Shown: positions 52,985-64,000 of the stretch, piece after piece
Numbering within the stretch: the stretch's first letter is position 1
Layout of the letters: each line of letters opens with the position of its first letter
Source of the DNA: Takakia lepidozioides
Taxonomy: Eukaryota > Plantae > Bryophyta
Reading direction: 5' to 3'
Length of the DNA stretch: 64,000 nucleotides
Assembly (NCBI GenBank): GCA_030704615.1
Contig: CM060731.1
Location: 34,162,001-34,226,000 of the forward strand
The notes under the pieces: generated by a model
Seen by the model: the letters and a program-made list of their open reading frames with translations, nothing else
Told to the model about the DNA's origin: nothing
Databases searched by the model: none
Position numbers and translations under genes: made by a program

Positions 52985-54145
52985 ATGGCGAAGACTAGGC
53001 CTAAGGTTGTTCCCCCTGAGGATGGTATGCTGGTTTTTGGGCACAAGCCTAAGAAAGAGGATGAGGTTCCTTTCTGGTATACGCCAACTGAGTGGGAGGA
53101 GATGATAGTAGAGGCAGAGGCGGACCTCAGAGTTCGTGATGGCGCGAAACAAAGGAATCCCTATAAGCGCAAGTTTTGTGGGCGGCCCATGAAGAATAAG
53201 GTTAGGTTGATCATTGATGGGGAGGGTTGTCTTTGGTTGAACATGGTGGATGGTCCGGACGAGGTTGAGTTGCCACTAAAACCCTGGCCCGCTACCGAGT
53301 TCCCGAAGCAGGTTACTCATTTTGTGGAGAGGTTGAGAGGGTGTACAAACCCCGAAGCGCGGTGCGTACCAGGAGACGACGTGTCCCCTACTGATCGGCA
53401 GCAGCAGCCCAAAGGAGCGAGAAAACGGAAGCCCCCGCCTGCACCGTCACAAGTGGCTGCCCCTCACAAGAGGAGTAGCCGTAGTGGGTCCGACACCGAT
53501 TTTGAGCACACCAAACCAAAGAAGGGGGCAAAAAAGGTTAAGATTGTTACTACTTTACCCTCCGCCCGTGAGAGACAAGCCAAAGTGCGGCCTGAACTCG
53601 CTGTCACTTGGAGTAGAAAGCCGAAGAAAAAATATCCCTACAGGTGGCTGAGTGGCCTAAGCCAAGTGATAAGACAGAGGTCAGGAGCTTTATTGGATTT
53701 GTCAGCTTCCTACGGAAGGTCGTCAAGTTTTTTTTCACAGATTGCAGCTCCGTTGACTGACTTACTTAAGGACTCAAGTCCTATAAGTTTGAGAGATGTC
53801 TGGACAGGAGAATGTGATAATAGTTTTGAAAAATTGAAATTTGCTTTGACGCACGCTCCTGTACTGAAATTGCTTGACCCTACCAGTCCGGAAGACACCA
53901 AAGACACGCAGATGTGGGGGAGCAGACTACTCATCAGGACGAGGGGGAGCAGCTTGGGAGCTCGGGGCCTCTTGCAGGGGATGGGGCCATGGACATCGAC
54001 CACGACACACCGCACCCGATCACTGCTGGAAACATTTATACTTCTGCAACATGGACTTCTCCCTTCCAATTTTGCTGACCAGAATGATGAAAGATTCTGG
54101 GATGCATTCGTCGATTTCGCATGGAGTGGAGGGTTTGCAATGTGA
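52985..54145 (+). CDS. Unknown, probably transposon-borne basic protein ORF (chimeric with gypsy fragment; may be a pseudogene)
   Basis: Open frame from ATG (MAKTRPKVVPPEDG...) with NLS-like clusters (RKRKPP, KPKKGAKKVK); no host domain recognised. Confidence 0.4.
   Translation: MAKTRPKVVPPEDGMLVFGHKPKKEDEVPFWYTPTEWEEMIVEAEADLRVRDGAKQRNPYKRKFCGRPMKNKVRLIIDGEGCLWLNMVDGPDEVELPLKPWPATEFPKQVTHFVERLRGCTNPEARCVPGDDVSPTDRQQQPKGARKRKPPPAPSQVAAPHKRSSRSGSDTDFEHTKPKKGAKKVKIVTTLPSARERQAKVRPELAVTWSRKPKKKYPYRWLSGLSQVIRQRSGALLDLSASYGRSSSFFSQIAAPLTDLLKDSSPISLRDVWTGECDNSFEKLKFALTHAPVLKLLDPTSPEDTKDTQMWGSRLLIRTRGSSLGARGLLQGMGPWTSTTTHRTRSLLETFILLQHGLLPSNFADQNDERFWDAFVDFAWSGGFAM
53642..53883 (+). mobile_element. 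Ty3/gypsy pol fragment (RT thumb/connection)
   Basis: VAEWPKPSDKTEVRSFIGFVSFLRKVVK / FSQIAAPLTDLLK...WTGECDNSFEKLKFALTHAPVLKLLD, with a frameshift in the T-run. Confidence 0.8.
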
Positions 54146-54869
54146 GTGGAGAGGGTTGAACGCCGCTGGAGAAGATGGCTTCTATAAGAACAGGTTTGCT
54201 TCACCCCCCAATCTCCTTTTGAGTTTATGGTCATCTGATCCCCCCAATAGTTTCCCAGGATTGCCCACGGTTTGTAAATGCTCATTCTGTGTTGCATTTT
54301 TGCCTGCAGATCAATGCTTCTGCGGGAGAAATTGAGGTTGTGCGGAAATCAGTGCGGGCATGGAGCTCCTACAAAGACGGTGTTCCCTGTGCTCTATCCA
54401 TTGGGCTGGAGTTGGAAGATTTTGAGAGCTACCTTGTGGGAAAGATGAAAACTCTTATCGTAACACCCTCCTGTCCGGTGAATGTTGTTCCCCCCATCAA
54501 GCCTGTCTCTGCTCCCCCTTCATCGTCTACCCCTGCCCCCCTCCCCCCCCCCCCCCCCGCGCCTCTGTTGCAAACAGGTCTGCTCGCCCCATATCAGGTC
54601 CCCCCACGTCATGTCCCCCTTGCACCATTCCCCCCTCTTCTGCTCCCTCGACTTCTTTCAGGTCTGCTCCCCCCTTATCTGTAGATCTCCAGTTTGATAT
54701 TGTTGAACTATTGCTGGAGGAGCAGGACGTTCGATGTCTGCTTCCTGAATTCCCTCTCCTAAGAACTGCCAAGGAATCTGATGCCATTGTCACCTGGCTG
54801 AAACGCCAATGTCCAGCCCGACTGCCTCCAGCCCCTGTTCCCCTCCCAAGTTTTGTCTTATCATGGACC

Positions 54870-55548
54870 AGGGCTTGGTCGCCCTAGTTACCGCTTTTGT
54901 TCCCACACGGACCTCCTACTACAAACTCAGTTTCTCCATTCTCGGCCTTCACGTGTGTCCCTCCAATGTCGACCCATGGAGATATTACCAAACTCACTCC
55001 TCGCAAGCGGACAATGGGAGTACTGACCATGGATGCTTCTACTACAAATGACATTGAATCCATTGGACATCAGGTTAATACAGACATATCTGAGGGCCTT
55101 GTCGATCCCGTGATACCTTCTAAGCACTCTCCTCCAAAAAAGAAAAGAGCTTACAAAAAGAAATTTGTTGCTACAGCAGAAGAAAACGATGACCTAATGT
55201 TCTTTCCAAAACGTTCCAGATCGATCATCGTTTTCTTCTACTATAGCAACAAATTTTTTTTGGTAGCTTTTTTCTTTTTTGGAGCAGACTGCTTAGAAGG
55301 TATCACGGGATCGACAAGGCCCTCAGATATGTCTGTATTAACCTTATGTCCAATGGATTCAATGTCATTTGTAGTAGAAGCATCCATGGTCGGCACACTC
55401 CCATTGTCCGTTTCCGAGGAGTGAGTTTGGTAATACCTCCATGGGTCGACGTTGGAGGGACACTCGTGAAGGCCGAGAATGGAGAAACTGAGTTCGTAGT
55501 AGGAGGTCCGTGTGGGAACAAAAGCGATAACTGAGGCGATCAAGCCCT
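54870..55548. repeat. Long inverted repeat, arms ~54870-55192 and ~55225-55548
   Basis: Arms are reverse complements with scattered substitutions; spacer ~32 nt; mirror-image ORFs in the ORF track. Confidence 0.95.
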
Positions 55549-56146
55549 TGCAGTTGGCAATGACGTCCTACTTGCAACACTCGCAGAACTCGCATAAACT
55601 GGAGTAGGCAACGGTGCAGTGCTCGCAACATTGGTTTGTGGTGTAGGTTGCCGTAACAGTGAGGGCGATGATAGCGTAGAATCCATGGTACCTCTATGCT
55701 CTCTTGGAGGAAGGGAAGTTTGTCGAGAAGGGAAGCTTGGTGTGGCAAGTGGGGGAAGGATGAGCTTTCTTCCCGCCCCCATATCATGGCTTGTTTTACG
55801 GTTTCCAGGGCTGATGGCTGGAAGAGCGATAGAGGCGCTGATCCCCACGGTGGCAGCCACACAAGCTCCACGTAGGATTTGACATAGGTGGATGTCCAAC
55901 CGTGTGGTAGCCGCAGCTTCATCGTCAACCAATAAAATAGCTATAGCTCTACTTTTATGTGTGCCGCTGCCGCTCGTGTGTCAACGCCCTCATTCATTGC
56001 CACTTGGTGACTTGGACCTATGTCATCCAACAATCTCTAGCCTCCAACGTCCACATCAATGCCATTAGATTGTAACGTGGGAAAGGTCTTGTCTCCACCA
56101 ACTGGAACATACTAAGTCCTGTAATGGCTGGTGGAGTCAAGATTTG

Positions 56147-56155
56147 TTAGGGTTT
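56147..56155 (-). promoter_or_regulatory. Telo-box upstream of REI1-like gene
   Basis: TTAGGGTTT with nearby GGGCC motifs, ~450 bp upstream of the ATG. Confidence 0.45.
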
Positions 56156-56609
56156 AGTGGGGCCAGTACCGGCTGCCAAGTGTAACAGGTTCACACATGG
56201 GGTGAAGTACAAGGTTAGGGCAATCTACTGGCCGGGCCTGCTCCGACTGGCGTAACGAAACAGCAACGTTTTTACGCCTGGACGGCTTAGATTGTCTCTG
56301 ACGGGCGGTTTAGAAATTGAAGGAGGAAGCTTACAAACCGTAGAATTGGTTTGTTTGCATTCGCAGGTAGCGTAGATCTGTCCAGGCGCGACGTTACAGG
56401 GATTTTCCTGGAGAGGAGGAACCAAGGAACCTTACGCGTAAGCTTCCATCCACATACACTAAATTGTTTTCGCATCTTGCATGTCATCGACCAGCGGTGT
56501 GTCTCTGATAGCAACTTCAGCTTCTTCCTAAACGCTCCTAATCTTTAGAGCAGCCTGAAGAGGACAGGAGCGTCTCAATTGGAAAGCTTCACAACGGGAG
56601 TAAGGGAGA

Positions 56610-59418
56610 ATGCCAGGGTTGGCATGCAATGCGTGTAACGTGGAGTTTGCTGAGGAGGGAGCGCAGAAGCAGCACTACCGCTCGGAATGGCACCGCTACA
56701 ATCTTCGCCGCAAGGTAAAAGCCACGCTCATGCTGTCAAATTTAGGAAATTGAAGATGGCACTTCAGTCACTTTGGTTCCTGGTCCAGAAAGCTACAGTC
56801 ATGTGCTCGAGCACGTATGTAGAGAAGGTTGCACAGATGCAGCCTTCATAAGGGCATGCAAGTATAGCAAGGAATCCCAGTCAGTCTACATATCACGAAA
56901 GCAGCCCCGAAAAGACCTGTGCTTGCCATGCAGTGTGGACTGCTAGAACATGCGTTATCTAGACCCGTACATACTTGTGACATTTGTTTAATTGGCAGGT
57001 CGCAGGAGTTCCTGGTGTGACAGAGGGACTGTTTAATTTGCGGTTGGAGGCGTTGGCAGCGGAGAAGAAGAAGACGGAGGGGGAGAAGTTACTTTACAAG
57101 TGCTCCATGTGCGGCAAGGAATATAGCACTGCCAAGGCCCATGCTCAACATCTTCAGTCAAAGCTTCATGCCAACCGAGCATCAAGCCTCGATGCCCCTT
57201 CAGATGCAGGTACAGGCCTGATCGTCTTCTCAACTCCTTTATTAAGGTTTATAGATATTTTACTGAATTGTGCGGGTAATTGTTGTATTGCATGTGACTA
57301 AGAATTTTGAGCCAGGATATCCCCGCATTGTATCTGTTGGGGGGCACCTATGAAGTGTTGCTTTGCAAGTAGGAACCTGTTGCTGACTGCTTCTTTCCCT
57401 ACTTGCTTGCAACCTCTTCTCCAGGTATTGCTGTGATTCGTCCAGCACCTCCTCGACCTACAGTTAGTGACAGGGATGGAAATGGCAGCCTGAATGGGCA
57501 GATGATAATGGAAGAAGAGAGTGACAGCGGTACCAGCGATGTGGAGTGGGAGGAAGTTGATGCAGAAGATATGAGTGACAGCGAATCCATTGAAGAAATT
57601 AGAGCTGATGGTGATGGTGATAGGTCAAGGGGAGAAGAATTAGAAGAGTGGGATTCAAGCCGTTGCTTTTTCTGTGATGCCAAATCGGCTGATGGAAGTA
57701 TTGAGAGTTGCGTGGAGCACATGCACAAAGTGCACGGCTTCTTCATTCCTGATTCTGAGTACTTGAAAGATCCAAGTGGCATGTTAAGCTACCTCAGTCT
57801 CAAGGTATGTTGATTCAGGGTGCAGGAAAGTCTTGATTGGTGTATGCTACTCTTTGTAACCTTTATATCATATCTGAAGGTGTCCCAGAGCTGGTGCCCA
57901 CCCCAACTACTCAGTCCTGATGTCCAAAGGAACTTGTCTCTGCTGAGTACAGGTTACCCGTGGGTTTATGTGCCTCTACTGTGATGATCGAGGGAAGCAG
58001 TTTCAGAGTGTAGAGGCAGTGCGTAAGCACATGGAGGGAAAGAGCCATTGCAAGCTGCGCTATGGTGATGGTGAAGGCGCTGCTGAAGAGGAACTTGAAG
58101 AATATTATGACTTCAGCAGCAGGTACTTTTGGTTTATGATGTCTTTTGCCAAAAGGTCTTTGATGCCTTGATCAGTGTGTGGTGGTAATTGCCGGAAGGT
58201 GGAATCACCTTAATACCGAAAGCTGGTCCGGCTTAGAGATGACAACCCTGGTTGAGCAATGTCTTTCCTTCCGAGCATTGTTAGTTTGTCGTCATACATT
58301 GAGGCAGGAAACCAATTCAACGGGGAGGAAAATAATTTGCTGGGCATATTATGTACTTGTTGCAGTCACAAATTTGTTAGTGGTTTGTGCATGTAGCCCA
58401 GAGCACTGTGGGTTAGACATCTGCATCAGTCTGAGGCAATTGTTGGATATGAATGAAGATGCTTTGTGGTACAATATTTGAAATCCACATCCTAGGGGTT
58501 AGATGTCATCTTCGCTCTATCACTGCCACCATTCTTATGGTCGACCAAGGGTATGATGGACCTGTAGTTTGCAACCATTAGATAGCATCACCTTAGTTAT
58601 CATGGGAATGCCAAAGCACCTAGAAGTAGGCTGATAATGGATGCTGCATGCAATGGAACAGTCGTGTGTATTCAGGGTTGAGATCATCACTTTCTGTATA
58701 CCATAGTACTACCGAATGACTGAAGTAGTCATGTGATGACCATGAAGACCTTGGTTTTGGAAATGGGTCTCCAACCAGGAGTAATACCCAGGTATTCTGA
58801 TTGCGGGCACTGTTCGATCTTAGTATGGCATGTTGTCTTATGTCATGTGATTGGTGAACTGTTTCAGCTACATGAGTTCCGACGGGTCACAGATGGTGGC
58901 AGTGCAAGAGACTGCTGAGGCCCCTGTTGCACTGGCACGTGGAGGACTAGAGCTTGTGGTGAGGGGCAATGCTGCTGATGGTAAGGCGACGAAGACAATT
59001 GGGTCAAGGGAGCTCCTACGATACTATCGTCAACGTCCCCGTCCTTCAGATAACCACGATGGTCTTCTTGTAAATGCTCTTGTTTCGAGGTGAGTGTGAC
59101 ATGGTGTTTGTAGATGACATTGCACTCTTTGCTCTCCATTACGTGGAAATCAAACGAATGGGAAGTTAATGTGTTTTCCAGCTGCTCATCTTCTTTTGTG
59201 AATTTATTTGGTGCTGTATTGGAATAGTGCAATTTGACAGTTCAAAGTGCAACAGGTATCGGAGCATGGGGCTGGCTACACGAGAACTGGAACGCAGGCA
59301 GGGTACCAAGACAGAGGAGATGCGTAAACTGCCTGCTAATAGGGCAGAGGTGTTCCGCACGAAGGTGGCCATGAAGAATAATGTCAACTGGAACTTGCCC
59401 AAAAATTGCACTCACTGA
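56610..59418 (+). CDS. REI1: Cytoplasmic 60S biogenesis factor REI1-like (REIL/ZNF622), ~416 aa
   Basis: Exons 56610-56714, 56999-57209, 57425-57804, 57953-58122, 58868-59089, 59256-59418 are phase-consistent. Motifs: MPGLACNAC...HYRSEWHRYNLRRKVAGVPGVTE, CFFC...HMHKVHGFFIPDSEYLKD, CLYC...AVRKHM..KSHC, IGSRELLRYYRQ. Confidence 0.96.
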
Positions 59419-60623
59419 AAAGCTTTCCGAAGTTTGACACTTTACCTTGGAGGCATATTGGGAATAATTGTGTATCGATAACACATCTACTCTTACAAGG
59501 TTTAGCAGAAGTAAAATGTACGATCAGCTGAGCCATTTTTCAGGGACTGAGATTGTTCGACTGTTCCTTTCAGCAGTCTTGCTTGCCTTTTGACATCATG
59601 ATGATATCCTTTGAACTGATGCTTTCTAAATTTGGGCCTTCACGTATTGGAAGCCTGGAAGGACCATGGTCTCGCGAAGCCATGATGATTGACTGTAGGA
59701 ATCAAAATTGGGTCAGCGTCTAATTGACATCACAATCCGCCCTTGACAACCCAATGTAGTCAAATACAGTGACTGACACTGTAATCCTAGACCACAATGA
59801 TTGATATCTTTGTTCAGAACTTCCCTGAAAAGAATTTAGTCTGCACCATTTAATGCTCTGGACTACATCCATTACAAAGATTGGAAATTGGACTTGCAAA
59901 TCACTCCCTGTCAGACAACTGGGTTAGAATATACATCCCTTGATTCCTCCAATATTGTACAAAACGGACAAGAAAAGATTTAACAAAATGGGATAAAACT
60001 ACAAATGACTGCATTTGAGAGGTTTACCTATTTGAGAGGTTTTAGCACAAAGTGCGAGAACCCTACATTAGTGGGTTGACCACACTTGAAAGCGATTTTC
60101 ACACGTTTGTTACAGAATGGATTGCAGTTTGTTGTTGGGCAAAAGAGTCGTGTATTTCAGGAAGCCAAACAGCAAGACAATGATTCAAGCTTAGCATCGA
60201 GTTTTCACCCTTGTGTCATGACAATCCAACAGGTCCTAATCAAAGTATTCTGAAAGCCACTAAAGATAGGTAATCCCACGATCTGGTGATGTCTTTGTTT
60301 TCCTCAACACTACGACTAGTTTGAGCCTGGCAGTCAATATTGCTGACCAGCTCTTCAGAAACTGCTAAACATGTGGGAAAATAGGAAAGGGAGAGGATCT
60401 ACAAAAGGGAAAGTACCACAGGATCCTCACTGCGAACTTCAGGTAGCTGACCATGTCGAAGCTTGTCTGAATTGTCCCGAAATAGAACTCTAGTGCCCTC
60501 TTGCCTTTGCCCTGGTGCCATTGTGGGAGAGAGCATGTCAGTTCCAGAGGAAAAGAACGTTTGCCTCAGGATCTCTCGAGTATGTTACTGATCTACAATG
60601 CCCACGAGTCTTGAGCCGCCGTT

Positions 60624-63600
60624 TCAGTTATCCGCAACCATTGCTCCAACTTTTTCTCCTGGTGAACTTCCCGAATTAGTTACTCCCTCCTTTTCCTCCT
60701 CCTCTTCTGGAACCTGCCGAAGTTCATCAGTCACATTGGAGGTAGTGGAGTTGTTCGCGTCCTGCTGCTCTGTGTCTGCATCCATGACCAACACAACACT
60801 TTTAGTTCCTGTGTACAACATTGGAGACCACAGGCTCAAATATTTTGACTAAGTCTTGTCTCCACCAACTGGAACGTGCCTCTGGACCCTTAATAGCCAC
60901 TGGTCCTGTTATGACATGGGGAACTTTTCCACCAATTATTATCTGTGCATCTGATTTTCCCCCAGACTTTTTATATCCCGAAACTCACTCTGGCAAGGCA
61001 ATGCCCCTGCCCACCCATGGCTGGGCGTCTCACCCTACGTGCAACCAATACTCACAAAGAACTCAAAGGATAATGGATCCAATGATTTATACCAGATACC
61101 AATTACAATGTGGCAATTTCAATTACCACCAGGATGAGGGAAGTTCCAGGTTGAATCATGGCCAAAAAAGGCATCTGTGTAATGGCAGTGTACACCTACA
61201 AGCCCTCTTTCTCCCTTGCTTTTCTTTTGGATGATAGAACTGTACCAGCTGCTCGATGTACATCGCCAAGATCCTTGTTGACTTTATCTTCCACCCCCGT
61301 TGATTCAGTTTGACCTCTTGAGTCTTGGGTATCTTCTGGTTTAGTTGCTGCGTCAGACAAGTTTGTCTTTGAATCTTGAACGCTCTGCTGTACAGGATTT
61401 TCCACCAAAAGAGACGTTGAGCCAACGTCCTCTGTGCCCTGTCCAATCAAGATGCTATCCCCTCCAACGGGTTTCTCTACCATCTCAGTTTCTGTCGAGT
61501 CATTTTTCACGCTTGTGTCTGCACTGTTGTCAGTTACTGTAAGCTGATTCTGCTGAGGATTTTCTCTCTCAATGTTTTCTTGAGCTGTTGCCTTCTCAGA
61601 GCCTTCTTGATGCCTGTCATCTCTCTTCTCTGCCTCCATCTGTTGTTGCAACTCACTCTCTCCCCTCTCTGCCTCATTCTTTTCCCCGTCCATTTGTCTC
61701 TCAGACACACCATCCTCCTTGACCTCCTTTGTCCCCTCAGGAGACCCCTGATCCCCCAATTTCTCCTCCAGTTGCTTTTCAGACCCAGCCTCCCCATTGC
61801 TAGACCTGCTTGACTGAGAGTCACCCTCGCTTGACAAACTCTTTGTGTTGAGGCCAAGGGAGTCTTCCGACACTGTATCAACTGAGGGTTTGTCGCTCAT
61901 GGTTTTCGGGAAATGGTCGTTGCGCAATGCATCCATAAAAGACACCTGATTATCCTCCACAACATCACTCTCTGTCTTCTGATCAACTCCAGGTTTTGTC
62001 TGAGACTCCATCATTTTGACATCAGATACCTCTGGAGTCTCTTCTATATCACTTGAAGATTGCTGGCCCTCATCCACAGGTTTTTGGTCACCACCATTAA
62101 CCATAAGATCAATTGCAACTTCCTGGCGTTCATCCACAAGAGAACTTGCTGGAGTTTCGTCAGTGTTTTCATCGTTCTTGAGCTGCATAAACTCAGTCCC
62201 AACATCACTTGGCCTGTCTGTTTTCTGACCACCACCTGACATCATTATCACAAGAAAGGCCTTAGTGAATTTGCTCTTTACATGCTAGTTCCCGTTTACC
62301 GGATTGACATCAGCAAGGGTTCATATCCCATTAGAAGAAATGTCTTATCCTCATACCATTTTCAGTAAGGTGGGTTTATAGCTGATCAGTTTAGTATGCA
62401 CTGTGGACATTATAAAAATTCTACATTTCTTTCAAGCTATCTCATGATGTGCATATTCTGTACAAGTGTGCATGGTACTGAACAAGTGAGAGCTTAGTTG
62501 TACCTACAATAGATACATGTAGAATCTGAGAAATAAGAAGAAGCTTTGCAGCCTTGAAACTGTAATCTTTAGTGCAGTCCACTCCCAATTCAGAGCTGTA
62601 GGCAGGACAGTACCCACAGATGTGGCATTTGCATCACTGCCGTCCTTCTCCTCCATGGTGATGTCCTTCTCCTCAAGGGTGATCATGTCTCTGTCTCTTT
62701 CGTCCTCAGTCTCATCATCACTCTCGTCCCCAGTTTGTTCCATCGCATGCTCCCCCACATCCACATCATCATTCTGCATCATCTCTTCTTTCTCGTTTTC
62801 TACATAGTTGCAAAGTGTAGGTTAGTACATCTCCCTCAATTTGAGGCTTCTCTTGCTGTTACAAGTACATGCTACTGCCCCAGAATACACCTAGTCTAAA
62901 CTAAGACTATTTCCATGTGAGTTAAATGCTTGGCTTCATGGCTGTAAAGATCCACATTGGATTCCTTCAGTTTCTCTTGAGGGACCTGAAATTTGAATAG
63001 CACTTCCATTTAAGAAAACGAGCACACACATATAATTTAGCGTATTGGATGTCTAAGAAAGGAGGAGATCTGATCTGGATTCATATGGCAAATGTTGGTG
63101 GAAAAGGCTACTGACTGCCACAGAAGGTGCATCACATGGAAAGGAAAAACGTCCCTACTATCCTTGCCGGCAAGCCTCTGTATAGTGAATGAAGGAAACT
63201 GATGGAATTCTGAATGGAATCGTTTCGAAACGAAGGATAAAGGTCTGCAGGGAGATGTGATTATTCAAGGGAGAATCTAGTCCTTTGCATGTCCTTCCTC
63301 GGCTCACAGTCAAAGGTTTTGTTGAGAATGGACCCTCACAAATCTCAGCCTGAATGCTGGTAATTGCTGGAGCTGAACCACCTTAGAGAATCCCAGATCT
63401 TGTAATGCACCTAATTTCTTGCATTGGGATGGGAGGGTGCCCCGTCCCTTATCTAAGAGTCCAATTGAAGCATCGCGGGCAGATGTTGGCAGCAAGCCCA
63501 AAACGTTGAGGTTGCCTTACTTATAATCTAGAGAGTGCAGATATCTCAAGACTAGTGGAAACAAGCAGTAGTCCTGACCTTTCAAAAAAACCAGTTGAAT

Positions 63601-63943
63601 GCATCAGGAGAGAAGCTGTACCTTCACCGAATTCCTTAAGAGAACTTTCGTCCCCATTCGTAGTCGCGTCCCCGTTTCCGTCACTTCGCGTCGACGTCGC
63701 CACAAGCTCAGGCTTGAACCCTTTGCGACCGAGGAGGCTGGCATCGGTGTGGTAGTTATTGGATCCGGAAAAACGAAGAATTCGCTCTTCTCCCTCATTC
63801 TCTGGTGCAGGGATTGGTTTTTGGGACTGGTTTATCTGGTAAATCACCCAGGTTAACACGACGGTAATTATAGCCATCTGAAAGACATGCTTCACTTTCA
63901 TTCCGTTGCCTTTCTGGTAGCGTTTCGAGGTGTAACGGAGCAT
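60624..63943 (-). CDS. Plant acidic low-complexity type-II membrane protein, ~560 aa
   Basis: Exons 63943-63622, 62799-62614, 62235-61246, 60808-60624, all introns phase 1. N-terminal KVKHVFQMAIITVVLTWVIYQI anchor and LGRK motif resemble a conserved plant family with D/E/S-rich tails. Confidence 0.75.
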
Positions 63944-64000
63944 GGTTGAAGCTCAGACTCCCTCCTCTGGAGAAAACATATAATCTTAAGTGCTTCCAAA

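Larger units (their letters stand above)
50230..56030. mobile_element. Composite transposon-derived island carrying captured fragments (superfamily unresolved; boundaries approximate)
   Basis: GC-rich motif array, host exon fragment, chimeric ORF and long inverted repeat between two housekeeping genes; no transposase recognised. Confidence 0.5.

Noticed and set aside
58733-58800. Intronic C/D snoRNA (GTGATGA...CTGA)
   Set aside because: No terminal stem or recognisable rRNA-complementary guide; a snoScan/Infernal hit would be needed.
59682-59776. C/D snoRNA downstream of REIL
   Set aside because: Box motifs only; compatible with chance occurrence in a 3' UTR.

Overview
This is eukaryotic nuclear DNA from a land plant, most likely a lineage with flagellated sperm (fern, lycophyte or bryophyte type). 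That is inferred from a centriolar SAS-4/CENPJ gene and a PRR fragment one base from retaining the phospho-acceptor Asp. Five spliced host genes were reconstructed by hand with phase-consistent GT-AG introns: DA1-like LIM peptidase (-), P-class PPR (+), RPL36a/eL42 (+), REI1-like (+) and an acidic type-II membrane protein (-). A sixth, a very large SAS-4/CENPJ-like gene (-), was reconstructed in part. Introns and intergenic DNA carry a hAT-type MITE with TSD, two LINE families (one copy with a 14-bp TSD) and tRNA-derived SINEs. A 5.8-kb composite island at 50.2-56.0 kb contains a captured clock-gene exon with its splice donor, a GATCCCC motif array, an ORF with a Ty3/gypsy filler and a ~320-bp-arm inverted repeat. 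No prokaryotic-type system (CRISPR etc.) is present. All family calls come from motif recognition, not database searches.
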